From contig OW818693.1 in assembly GCA_942493335.1 (NCBI GenBank), positions 3,936,166 through 3,968,165 on the forward strand: DNA of 32,000 nt, read 5' to 3'. The notes below the pieces were generated by a model. That model did no database searches, was not told where the DNA came from, and saw nothing but the letters and a program-made list of their open reading frames with translations. The first letter of the stretch is position 1; each line of letters starts with the position of its first letter. The DNA is from an uncultured Clostridia bacterium (GTDB lineage Bacteria; Bacillota; Clostridia; DSM-8532). The translations under genes and the position numbers were made by a program. Positions 15,246 to 23,438 of the stretch are shown piece after piece.

Positions 15246-15812
15246 ATGAAGATTTGCATTTTGTCCGGGAATCCGAAGAAGGAGGGTCTTTGCCAATCAG
15301 TGATTGAAGCAGCAAAGGCTGGCGCACTTGAGGCTGGCGCGGAAATCGATGAAATCCGCCTTTGCGGGCTTGATGTGATGCGCTGCCAGGTCTGCGGGGA
15401 TGGCTGGGGCCCCTGTCGCAATGATCACTTCTGTACATTCGGCCAACAGGATGATTTCGATGCAATCCGGGAAAGGGTGAGGGCCTGCGATGCGCTTGTG
15501 CTCGCGACCCCGGTTTATTGGGGCGAAGCCTCGGAGGCCACAAAAGCATTTCTGGACCGGTTTCGCCGCTGTGAGTTTCAGAACCGGGCGGAAGCGGAAA
15601 AAAAGCAGGTTCTGCTGATTGCTTCCGCCGGTGGTTCGGGAAACGGATTGCTGACCTGTCTTGAGCAGCTGGACCGCTTTTGCCGGCATGTAGGATTCAC
15701 GATCTTTGACATGGTCGGCATCAATCGCTGGAACAGCGACTACAAGCGCGATGCTGTAAAGAATGCGGTGCGCGCGCTTGCCGGTGGCCGACGGAATGGA
15801 GAGACACTCTGA
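15246..15812 (+). CDS. Flavodoxin-like fold FMN reductase family protein with a Cys-rich insert (iron-sulfur flavoprotein-like)
   Basis: The preferred start is ATG 15246 (MKICILSGNPKKEG). It contains TPVYWGEASEATKAFLDRF, typical of NADPH-dependent FMN reductase/flavodoxin_2 proteins. The cysteine cluster is C-x6-C-x2-C-x6-C-x5-C. Confidence 0.75.
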   Translation: MKICILSGNPKKEGLCQSVIEAAKAGALEAGAEIDEIRLCGLDVMRCQVCGDGWGPCRNDHFCTFGQQDDFDAIRERVRACDALVLATPVYWGEASEATKAFLDRFRRCEFQNRAEAEKKQVLLIASAGGSGNGLLTCLEQLDRFCRHVGFTIFDMVGINRWNSDYKRDAVKNAVRALAGGRRNGETL

Positions 15813-15866
15813 ACCGGGATGCCTTCTGCGTCAGGGGCGCGTTGAACCTGAAGAATTCCGGCGAAT

Positions 15867-15924
15867 GAGAGGACCTGTCCCACACCTGTCCTTGGAGAGG
15901 AACTGTCGTTGGACAGGTCCTCTC
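15867..15924. terminator. Long hairpin (14-bp perfect stem) between convergent genes
   Basis: GAGAGGACCTGTCC (15867-15880) pairs with GGACAGGTCCTCTC (15911-15924) around a 30-nt loop. The right arm abuts the TAG stop of the epimerase gene. Confidence 0.55.
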
Positions 15925-17204
15925 TATGAGCAGAACTCTTTTTGATCAGGTCCTGTCATCCGCCGATCGACAGATTTCCCGGACTCCAGTTGTTCCTTCT
16001 CAATGGCCTCCATGCGTTCATGGATCTCAAAGCACATGCGCGCATTGTGGTAGGGACATTTCCAGCCACTGACCTTGAAAGAGTGCTTTGCGACGGGCTT
16101 GCCGTGGTGATCAAGTGTGCCGAACCACTCGCCTCCTTCGCGATCCGACATGAAACGACGGATATACATGGCCTGCGCGTAGGCGGCTTTCAGGAATCGG
16201 TTGTCCCCGTTTGACTGCCAGGCGTTCAACATGCCGACGACGTTTTCAGCTTGAATCCACCAGACACGGCGGTCATCGAGAAATTTGCCGTCAGGGGAGC
16301 CTTCGTCCAGCATGCTGCCGTCCGGCATGATGGATTTCATACAGGCCTCGGCGATCTGACCGGCAATTTCCTCCGATTTGGCAATGCATTCCGCATCCCC
16401 GAGCACCTGGGCGCATTCGTTCATGAGCCAGCTGCCCTCGATATCATGACCGTAGCTTTCCACCAGATCCGTATGGCTCCAGTCATCGTTCAGATACATG
16501 AAATAGTGGCCGGACTCCCGGTTCAGCACCTTTTCCGTCATGATTCGGAAGTGCCGGAGCGTGTCTTCCCGCATCTTTGGCGTATCGTATACGCGGAGCA
16601 GCGAACTGTACGCTTCAATGAGATGCAGGTGGGTGTTCATCGATTTCGTGGAACCATTCGCCATGGAATGGAGTTTGTCGGTGCGGACGGACCAGTCGAC
16701 GGAAAAGCACTCCCAGTAACCGCCGTGCTCCTTGTCCAGCGCAACTTCCTCCAGTTTTTCATATAAGGTCACGGCATCCTTCAAGGCAGGTTCGTATCTG
16801 GTCGCCCGATAGAACTCGCTCAGGGCATAGAGGGTGAAGGCCTGGCCGTACACCAGTTTGTAGTCCTTTTCCGGTGTTCCGTCCGGCAGGACGCTGTAAT
16901 AGGCTCCCTTGTTCTTTTCATCCCAGAAGACCTTCATGAAGTAGCGGTAAGCGTACCAGGCATCTTCGAGATAGGATTCCTCCCCGAAGATGCGGTAGGC
17001 TGCGCTGAAAGTCCAGACCAGCCGGGCATTCAGGATGAGGATGCGCGCCGCGTCTGCATCCGGTGTGCCATCCGCCTTGAATGCACCGTAGAATCCGCCG
17101 GTGGAAAGATCCTTCACTTTTGTGGACCAGAACGGGAGAATGTTGTTTGTCAATTCGTCGAGGGCGAAGGCGTGGAGTCCATGAAGCATTTGCCTGTTAT
17201 CCAT
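15924..17204 (-). CDS. N-acylglucosamine 2-epimerase (AGE) family protein / cellobiose-2-epimerase-like
   Basis: The preferred start is ATG 17204 (MDNRQMLHGLHAFALDELTNNILPFW) after AGGAGG. (alpha/alpha)6-barrel AGE hallmarks are present: LNARLVWTFS, YGQAFTLYALSEFY, KSMNTHLHLIEAY, GHDIEGSWL, WWIQAE and KCPYHNARMC. Confidence 0.88.
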   Translation of the reverse strand: MDNRQMLHGLHAFALDELTNNILPFWSTKVKDLSTGGFYGAFKADGTPDADAARILILNARLVWTFSAAYRIFGEESYLEDAWYAYRYFMKVFWDEKNKGAYYSVLPDGTPEKDYKLVYGQAFTLYALSEFYRATRYEPALKDAVTLYEKLEEVALDKEHGGYWECFSVDWSVRTDKLHSMANGSTKSMNTHLHLIEAYSSLLRVYDTPKMREDTLRHFRIMTEKVLNRESGHYFMYLNDDWSHTDLVESYGHDIEGSWLMNECAQVLGDAECIAKSEEIAGQIAEACMKSIMPDGSMLDEGSPDGKFLDDRRVWWIQAENVVGMLNAWQSNGDNRFLKAAYAQAMYIRRFMSDREGGEWFGTLDHHGKPVAKHSFKVSGWKCPYHNARMCFEIHERMEAIEKEQLESGKSVDRRMTGPDQKEFCS

Positions 17205-17287
17205 GTGAAACCTCCTGTGCGAAACCGTTGTCACGTGTTCATCATATCTTTTTCGACAGGCTGATGCAAGAATGGAACCCACGAAGG

Positions 17288-17316
17288 TTGACATCCTTGC
17301 TGGTACGCCATACGAT
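17288..17316 (+). promoter_or_regulatory. Sigma-A type promoter for the TauE gene
   Basis: TTGACA (17288-17293), a 17-nt spacer, then TACGAT (17311-17316). Confidence 0.55.
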
Positions 17317-17336
17317 CAATGAAGGATATCGTGCAT

Positions 17337-17360
17337 AAAAACTCGTTATAACGAGTTTTT
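17337..17360. promoter_or_regulatory. Perfect 24-bp palindrome in the TauE leader (operator or small attenuator hairpin)
   Basis: AAAAACTCGTT-at-AACGAGTTTTT lies about 20 nt downstream of the -10 box and about 25-40 nt upstream of the start codon. Confidence 0.45.
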
Positions 17361-17401
17361 ACACGAGAATCAAAGGAAGAAAGTTGGCGGAAGGAGCTTG
17401 C

Positions 17402-18160
17402 TTGGAACTGAAGTGGATCCTGTTCCTTTGCGTGGCCGGTTTTGTAGCCGCGACCATCGATTCGATAGCCGGCGGCGGAGGCATCATCAGCCTGCCCGCG
17501 CTCATTACCGCCGGAGTCTCTCCGCAGATGGCACTGGGCACAAACAAATTTGCCAGTACCTGCGCCTCCTTCACAAGCACGACGAAGTTCGCGCGCTCGG
17601 GGAAGATTCATTTCAAACTCGTCCGCTGGCAGATTCCGTGTACCGCACTGGGCGCCGCGTTGGGTGTCCAGACCGTCCTGCACCTGAATGAGGCGTTTCT
17701 GAACGCTTTCATCGTGGTGATGATTTTCGCGGTGACTCTGTATACTGTACTGAAGAAAGATTTCGGCGTGGCCGATGCGTTCAGCGGATTGACCGGCGGA
17801 AAGATTGCGGCCGGTATGGCCTTTGCCTTCGCACTGGGCTTCTACGACGGATTCTTTGGGCCGGGCACCGGATCTTTCCTGATTTTCCTTTTCATCCGCG
17901 TCTTTGGGTTTGATTTCACTGTGGCGGCAGGGAATGGGAAAATCCTGAATTTCACGAGCAACATCGTTTCCCTGGTCCTGTTTGCAATCGGCGGGAAGAT
18001 TGTGTATCTGGCAGGCATTCCAATGGCGGTGTTCATGGTGGCCGGGGCCTGGCTGGGGACGCATATCGCCGTGAAAAATGGAGCAAAAGTCATCCGGCCC
18101 ATTTTCCTGACCATTGCCATGGCCCTGATCGTCAAACTGGTCTGGCAAGCCTTTTTCTGA
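17402..18160 (+). CDS. Sulfite exporter TauE/SafE family membrane protein
   Basis: IDSIAGGGGIISLPALI and GTNKF motifs, with a repeated 4-TM architecture. The track start is TTG 17384. In-frame TTG 17402 has a strong GGAAGGAG RBS 5 nt upstream and is preferred. Confidence 0.85.
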   Translation: MELKWILFLCVAGFVAATIDSIAGGGGIISLPALITAGVSPQMALGTNKFASTCASFTSTTKFARSGKIHFKLVRWQIPCTALGAALGVQTVLHLNEAFLNAFIVVMIFAVTLYTVLKKDFGVADAFSGLTGGKIAAGMAFAFALGFYDGFFGPGTGSFLIFLFIRVFGFDFTVAAGNGKILNFTSNIVSLVLFAIGGKIVYLAGIPMAVFMVAGAWLGTHIAVKNGAKVIRPIFLTIAMALIVKLVWQAFF

Positions 18161-18232
18161 ACGGGCTCTTCGACACGCAGCACAATAAGCAACGAACACG
18201 ACGAATACGGGAAAACCCGGGAGGACAATCCG

Positions 18233-18880
18233 ATGAAAGAAATGATGAGTCTGACGATGAAGGAATACGGCGACATGCTGGCGATGGACGCGCCTGCTCC
18301 GGACGGCGGAAGCACGGCAGCCCTGACAGGATCCTACGGGGCTGCATTAGGCCTGAAGGCCGCCGCCCGCACTTATGGGAAGGACGAATGGGAGGCTGTC
18401 ATTCCGCACTTGCAGGCAGGATTCAAACAGGCACATGAGGAACTATCGATTCTGCGGGCTTCGCTGGATCGGCAGGTGGACGCCGATACGGCGGCGCGGG
18501 ATGCGTTCCGGACTGCGAAAAGGATGCCGAGGGAAACGGCGGAACAGGAAACTGCCCGGAAGACCGCCATGAACATCGCCTCGGTCCGGATCCTGACCGT
18601 CCCGCTCAATACAGCGGAACAATGCCTCTCTGTCCTGCATCATCTGCAGGAGCTGGCCTCCTGCGCCAACCGGGATTCTTTGGCAGAAGTGGGGACCGGA
18701 GCGGCCCTTGCGCTTGCCGGTCTGGAAGGCGCCCTTCTGAGCGTACGCGTCAATCTGCCTGGCATTCCAAGCGCAAAACAACGCAACGAACTGGCCGAAC
18801 AGGCGGAACGCATGTGGGAACAGGGCTGCGAAGTGAAAGAGGAGACTGTGACGGCTTTGTTTATCAGGATGACGGCGTGA
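18233..18880 (+). CDS. Cyclodeaminase/cyclohydrolase family protein (FTCD C-terminal-like)
   Basis: All-helical 215-aa protein with the FTCD_C-like N-terminal signature PAPDGGSTAALTGSYGAALGLKAA. GGGAGGA RBS is present. Confidence 0.75.
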   Translation: MKEMMSLTMKEYGDMLAMDAPAPDGGSTAALTGSYGAALGLKAAARTYGKDEWEAVIPHLQAGFKQAHEELSILRASLDRQVDADTAARDAFRTAKRMPRETAEQETARKTAMNIASVRILTVPLNTAEQCLSVLHHLQELASCANRDSLAEVGTGAALALAGLEGALLSVRVNLPGIPSAKQRNELAEQAERMWEQGCEVKEETVTALFIRMTA

Positions 18881-19037
18881 ACGCCGAGGGTGGGCAAGTG
18901 ATTCCTTTCTCCACAAGTTGGTAAATGACAGGGTGGACAAGCGTTTTGCAGCAGAGTGGACACGTGATATGCAGTCGTCTTTCACATTCGCAGATTTCTG
19001 CATTCCGTATGACGACAAGGAAACATGGGGGGATCCT

Positions 19038-20207
19038 ATGAAAACGATGATCGACTATGTCGTGGACACGAAGGACCTTGCCTGGGATGTCAAGCCGTTT
19101 TGCGCAGTGGACAGCATGGTGCTTTGCCAGCTTGTCTATGAAGATTTCGGGGATGTCGTGCCCGGCCCCGAAAAGGCCAGATCCTCCCTTTCGTTGGAGA
19201 AAGCCATCCAGCTCAGGGGAATCCGGCAGTTGATCCATGGCACCCTGATCCCGCCGAAGAATGAAAGTCTGTTGTTCGCCATTCTTGAGAGCAATCGATT
19301 CAGGAACCTGCTTCTGCATGCCTATGTGAACGATGTGGATGCGGAAATCCAAAAACAGTTTTCCGCCATTACCTTCTCTCTTCCGACCGGAACCCGTTTC
19401 GTTGCATTCAGTGGAACAGACGCTACACTGACCGGTTGGAAGGAAGACTTCAACATGACCTTCCTGAGCCCGGTTCCATCCCAGGCTTCCGCAGTCGCTT
19501 ATCTGGAAACGGTCGCAAAAGCCCTTCCGGGTCCACTGATCGTCGGAGGGCATTCCAAGGGAGGGAACCTTGCCGTCTATGCATCCATGCATTGCCAGCA
19601 GGATACCAGAAAGAGGCTCCGGTCCATTTTCAATCATGATGGTCCGGGATTCAAGGAAGAGGTTTTTTCCGAACCGGAATTCGAGGCCATAGCCGGCATG
19701 CTTCAGACCACCTTGCCGAAAGCATCGATTGTCGGCATGCTCCTGCAGCATGACAATCGGTACCGCGTGGTGGAAAGCACCAGTATCGGCATCCTTCAGC
19801 ACAATCTGTTCTCCTGGGTCGTGGAGGGTGGTGATTTACGTTATGCCAGCCAGCTGTCCCCTCAGGCCGTCCTGTTCGGAAAGACACTGAATGCCTGGTT
19901 GGTCAATCTGGATGAGGCGCAGCGGGAGCGATTTGTAGAGTACCTCTTCCAAGTCGTCGGGGCCGCGAACCTTACGAATCTCCATGATATCCGGTGGGGT
20001 TGGCGGAGAGCGGCCAAGGAGGCCGCCAGCGTGCTGAAGGATATCGATGCGGAAACCAAGGGGTTTCTTATGGAAATCTTCAGCCTGCTGGCGGAGTCCG
20101 TGAAGGAAAGCCTCAAGGAGGATTTCCAGCAAAAAATCGCGGGAATTGTTCCAGCCATCGCGAAAGCCAAGGAGCCCGGAACCGTCGCTTCACGGCCAGG
20201 GAATTGA
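19038..20207 (+). CDS. DUF2974 (Mbeg1-like) alpha/beta hydrolase
   Basis: The preferred start is ATG 19038 (MKTMIDYVVDTKDL). It has the FSGTDATLTGWKEDF motif and the nucleophile elbow GGHSKGGNLA. Confidence 0.75.
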   Translation: MKTMIDYVVDTKDLAWDVKPFCAVDSMVLCQLVYEDFGDVVPGPEKARSSLSLEKAIQLRGIRQLIHGTLIPPKNESLLFAILESNRFRNLLLHAYVNDVDAEIQKQFSAITFSLPTGTRFVAFSGTDATLTGWKEDFNMTFLSPVPSQASAVAYLETVAKALPGPLIVGGHSKGGNLAVYASMHCQQDTRKRLRSIFNHDGPGFKEEVFSEPEFEAIAGMLQTTLPKASIVGMLLQHDNRYRVVESTSIGILQHNLFSWVVEGGDLRYASQLSPQAVLFGKTLNAWLVNLDEAQRERFVEYLFQVVGAANLTNLHDIRWGWRRAAKEAASVLKDIDAETKGFLMEIFSLLAESVKESLKEDFQQKIAGIVPAIAKAKEPGTVASRPGN

Positions 20208-20243
20208 CGGAATGCACAGTGTTGCGTCGAACCCCGTTCCCAT

Positions 20244-20298
20244 CCCTGACCGGTGTCGTTCGCTCTTTTCCCGGAGACTGCCGACTCCGGCGTCAGGG
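20244..20298. terminator. Nested hairpins between convergent DUF2974 and DUF362 genes
   Basis: The outer stem is CCCTGAC / GTCAGGG. The inner perfect stem is CCGGAG-actgccga-CTCCGG. The U-tract is weak. Confidence 0.35.
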
Positions 20299-20303
20299 AT
20301 TCT

Positions 20304-21380
20304 TTACTTCACCACGACGGTTTCATATTCCCTTGAGCCCAATCCAAGCGCAGCCAGCTTGTCGAGTTGCAGATACGGGTCCTTCCCGTGCACCCTTTCG
20401 AGCAAGTGGCCGTTTGCGCCCATTTCATAACCGATCGGAACGGACTGGGGAATGAAATTCTCGTTTTTGATCTGATCCAGACAGGCCTGCTCCACGGCGA
20501 CGATGTCGTAGGAGGAGGCAATGCCGATGTCGGGAACGAGCGAAGGGGTGGTGAAGCCCCAGCAGTCGCAGAGAGCGGTCATCTGGAGCATGACGTTCAC
20601 ATAGAAGACACGATCCGCAGAAAAGTCTTCCAGCGCGGCTTTTGTGCAGAGCGCAAGGCCTTGCTGGAAATCCTCGTAGTTCGATTCCGTCGGGGTGATG
20701 GCGCCGGTCGGGCAGACTTTGATGCAGTGCTGGCACAAGGTGCAATGGTGGTAGTTGACCTCATATTTCCCGTCCGAGAATTCATTCGCATTGTGATTGC
20801 AATTCTTGATGCATTCATCGCAATGGATGCATTTCGATTCATCCCAGTTCAGGCCGGTTTCGAGGCCATGGATGGATCCGCGCGTATGATCGTCGACGCA
20901 GCCCATGGCGATGTTCTTGCAGGCCCCGCCGTATCCGCAGGCGCCATGCCCCTTGATGTGGGAGAGAACGATGACGGCGTCGGCGTCATGGAAGTTGCCG
21001 GCGATGTTCGCATGCTCAAAGGTCTTGAACCCGATTTCCTTGCGATAGAGGTACTTTTCCGTCACACCGCAGGAGGTGACGATGGGGCAGCCGAAGTAGG
21101 CTTCGGTGTAGCCGCGCGCCGATGCGTTGTCCACGGACTGGTCGATCAGATAGGGTATGGCCTCGAGCTTTTTCAGGTGATCCACCAGGATCTTCACGAA
21201 CATGGGCGGTACGGTGGAATATCCGATGCCACGGCCCACATGCATCTTGATGGCGACCCTTGCGCCTTTGAAACCAGTTTCCAGCCCTGCAGCGTCAAGC
21301 ATGCGGCCGAATTTGGCGGGGAGGGTGCAGTCGGCGGAGTATTTTTCATACGACATGTCCGAGAACCATACTTTTGACAT
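20304..21380 (-). CDS. DUF362 domain protein with an inserted 2x[4Fe-4S] ferredoxin-type domain
   Basis: Contains CIHCDECIKNC and CTLCQHCIKVCP (CxxCxxCxxxCP-type clusters) within a DUF362-like frame. The second ATG (21380, MSKVWFSD) is preferred. AAGGAG is 8 nt upstream of it but only 2 nt from the first ATG (21386). Confidence 0.8.
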   Translation of the reverse strand: MSKVWFSDMSYEKYSADCTLPAKFGRMLDAAGLETGFKGARVAIKMHVGRGIGYSTVPPMFVKILVDHLKKLEAIPYLIDQSVDNASARGYTEAYFGCPIVTSCGVTEKYLYRKEIGFKTFEHANIAGNFHDADAVIVLSHIKGHGACGYGGACKNIAMGCVDDHTRGSIHGLETGLNWDESKCIHCDECIKNCNHNANEFSDGKYEVNYHHCTLCQHCIKVCPTGAITPTESNYEDFQQGLALCTKAALEDFSADRVFYVNVMLQMTALCDCWGFTTPSLVPDIGIASSYDIVAVEQACLDQIKNENFIPQSVPIGYEMGANGHLLERVHGKDPYLQLDKLAALGLGSREYETVVVK

Positions 21381-21653
21381 TTCCATTTCTCCTTTTCACC
21401 GGGATCCAGTGTCTTGTAGAATCGACAGGAAACGTGGCGTCCGGTGTCGGACTCCGACCATGGATGCAGTCGTCGTTCGACAGTCGAAAACGATACCCTT
21501 CTTTTGCCGGGTCTTGACCTGCACAAAAGCAGCTACAGGTATTGTGGAATACTTTCGGAAATGAATCAAGTACATTTTCATACGGGTTCGTTCCATTGCA
21601 AGCCGTAAATGCGCCTGACGATTGGCGGAAGCCGGGCTGACGCAGCCGTCAAC

Positions 21654-21683
21654 TTGACAGGGTCAACCGCACTCGGATAAGAT
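21654..21683 (+). promoter_or_regulatory. Sigma-A type promoter heading a roughly 230-nt leader upstream of the CNNM/CorC gene
   Basis: TTGACA (21654-21659), an 18-nt spacer, then TAAGAT (21678-21683). The -35 lies inside an inverted repeat GGTTGAC-cct-GTCAA. Confidence 0.55.
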
Positions 21684-21917
21684 GGTGGGAACAAGTTCGG
21701 AATTCCCGATGGAGGCCAATCGTTCATGGATGACAACCCAGACGAACCAGGAGACAGTCCCCTGCTTCGTCCGCGCCGCCCTGAATCCGAGATTTCCTTG
21801 TCAAACTTCTTTTATGTACGCTTTGGCACCAATGGGCCATGACCTCCGAGACGGGGGATTCGTGAGCCTTTTTTCTGTTGGTTCGGCACCCTGTGATGCC
21901 GTGTGGAGGATGAAACC

Positions 21918-23237
21918 GTGTTGACCAATCTGCTTGTCCTGATGATACTGATCCTGTTCAATGCCTTCTTTGCCGCTTCCGAGATCGCCCTGATCTCGCT
22001 GAATGACAACAAGCTCCGTTTGATGGCGGAAGACGGGCACAAGAAGGCGAAGCTGCTGATGAACCTGCTTGGGGATCCGAGCCGGTTTCTGGCCACGATT
22101 CAAATCGGCATCACGCTGGCAGGCTTTCTGGCCAGTGCGTTCGCTTCGGAAAGTTTCGCGGAACCGATTGTCAAAGTGCTGATCGCCGCCGGCGTTCCGA
22201 TTCCCGAAGCCATTCTGCACGTGGTTGCGGTCGTCGTGATCACCTTGATCCTCTCCTATTTCACCCTTGTTCTCGGAGAACTGGTTCCGAAGCGTTTGGC
22301 AATGCAGAAAGCGGATTCGATCGCCATGTTCGCGGCCGGTCCGCTCTCCTGGCTTTCGCTTGTCGCATCCCCCTTCGTACGGTTTCTGACGGCCTCCACC
22401 AACTTCTTCGTCCGGCTGTGCGGGGTTGATCCCAATGCGCAGCAGGAACAGGTGACGGAAGAGGAAATCCGGATGATGGTGGATGTGGGCGAAGAAAAGG
22501 GAGCCATCCACGAAACGGAAAAGGAAATGATCAACAACATCTTCGAGTTCAACAATACGCTGGCAGGGGAAATCATGACCCACCGGACAGAGATTGCCGG
22601 AATCAGGTATGATGCGGATTTTCAAGAGATAGCACGAATGGTCAACCGGGAGAAGTTCACGCGTTACCCCATCTATCAGGACGACATCGACCACATCGTG
22701 GGCGTGCTTCATGTCAAGGATCTGCTGGCGATGCTGGATTGCGGCACCGTCGAGGGCTTCTCCCTTTCGTCCATCCTCCGGAAGCCGTATTATGTTCCGG
22801 AATCCAAGCGCATTGACGAGATGTTCCGGGACATGAAGAAGAACAAGACCCATCTGGCGGTCGTCATCGACGAATATGGCGGAACGGCGGGCATCATTAC
22901 GATCGAGGATCTGCTCGAGGAGATCGTGGGCAGCATCACCGACGAATACGACGAAGAGGAAAAGGATGTGGAGCGGCTGGAAGACGGCACATTTGTGCTG
23001 GACGGCGGCACATCCCTGGAGCGTGTGGCCGAACTGCTTGAGACGGAGCTGCCTGTGGATGATTTCGACACCGTGAGCGGATTCGTCATCGGTCAACTCG
23101 GACGATTCCCGGAACAAGGCGAGAACCCTGTTGTGGAGCATGGAACAGTTGTGTTCACGGTGGAATCCATGGAAGAGAAGCGCATCACGAGGGTGCATGC
23201 CCGACGCAAGACGGAAGAGTGGACAGGGTCTGTTTGA
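21918..23237 (+). CDS. Hemolysin family / CNNM-type divalent cation transport protein (DUF21 TM domain, CBS pair, CorC_HlyC)
   Basis: LFNAFFAASEIALISL (DUF21), a CBS-pair region (IMTHRTEI...VNREKFTRYPIYQDDIDHIVGVLHVKDLL...HLAVVIDEYGGTAGIITIEDLLEEIVG) and a C-terminal CorC_HlyC region. GTG 21918 is preferred because GGAGGA lies 7 nt upstream. The track starts at GTG 21903. Confidence 0.9.
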   Translation: MLTNLLVLMILILFNAFFAASEIALISLNDNKLRLMAEDGHKKAKLLMNLLGDPSRFLATIQIGITLAGFLASAFASESFAEPIVKVLIAAGVPIPEAILHVVAVVVITLILSYFTLVLGELVPKRLAMQKADSIAMFAAGPLSWLSLVASPFVRFLTASTNFFVRLCGVDPNAQQEQVTEEEIRMMVDVGEEKGAIHETEKEMINNIFEFNNTLAGEIMTHRTEIAGIRYDADFQEIARMVNREKFTRYPIYQDDIDHIVGVLHVKDLLAMLDCGTVEGFSLSSILRKPYYVPESKRIDEMFRDMKKNKTHLAVVIDEYGGTAGIITIEDLLEEIVGSITDEYDEEEKDVERLEDGTFVLDGGTSLERVAELLETELPVDDFDTVSGFVIGQLGRFPEQGENPVVEHGTVVFTVESMEEKRITRVHARRKTEEWTGSV

Positions 23238-23275
23238 TGATCCCGGCGCAAGTTCATCGCAGGATGGCGACGTGG

Positions 23276-23305
23276 TGCGAAAAGATGCGAAAAGATGCGA
23301 AAAGC
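23276..23305. repeat. 3 x 10-bp tandem repeat (TGCGAAAAGA)
   Basis: TGCGAAAAGA TGCGAAAAGA TGCGAAAAGC lies in the loop of a 9-bp stem (GGATGGCGA 23262-23270 / TCGCCGTCC 23308-23316, one G-U pair), just after the CNNM stop. Confidence 0.8.
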
Positions 23306-23327
23306 CATCGCCGTCCGGGACATCAAG

Positions 23328-23336
23328 TGTTACAAT
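23328..23336 (+). promoter_or_regulatory. Extended -10 element (TGtTACAAT) upstream of the first acyl-CoA ligase gene
   Basis: TG at 23328-23329 and TACAAT at 23331-23336, about 100 nt upstream of ATG 23439. There is no good -35. Confidence 0.4.
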
Positions 23337-23438
23337 CTCATTGGGCCTGATTTTCCATGGCAAGCGCGAAAGTGCCGCCATCGATGCATCAAGCCGGCAG
23401 CACGGTAGAAGGGTCCGAACTTGAAAGGATGCTGTAGC

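Noticed and set aside
21690-21917. Assigning the CNNM leader to a named riboswitch class (M-box, yybP-ykoY Mn2+, ykkC/guanidine)
   Set aside because: I could not find the conserved cores as I recall them (GUUAGGUGAGG for M-box, GGGGAGUAG...UUGACAUA for yybP-ykoY, ACUAGGGUUCCG...GGUCCGAGAG...CCCGGGAG for ykkC). Only loose CCGAGA-like fragments are present. It is left as an unclassified candidate pending cmscan.
21396-21924. Small ORFs in the long intergenic region: 21396..21596(-) 66 aa and 21682..21924(+) 80 aa
   Set aside because: Neither has a convincing RBS, and their composition is not protein-like. The second starts inside the -10 box, upstream of the predicted TSS, and runs into the CNNM start. 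The region is treated as non-coding leader instead.
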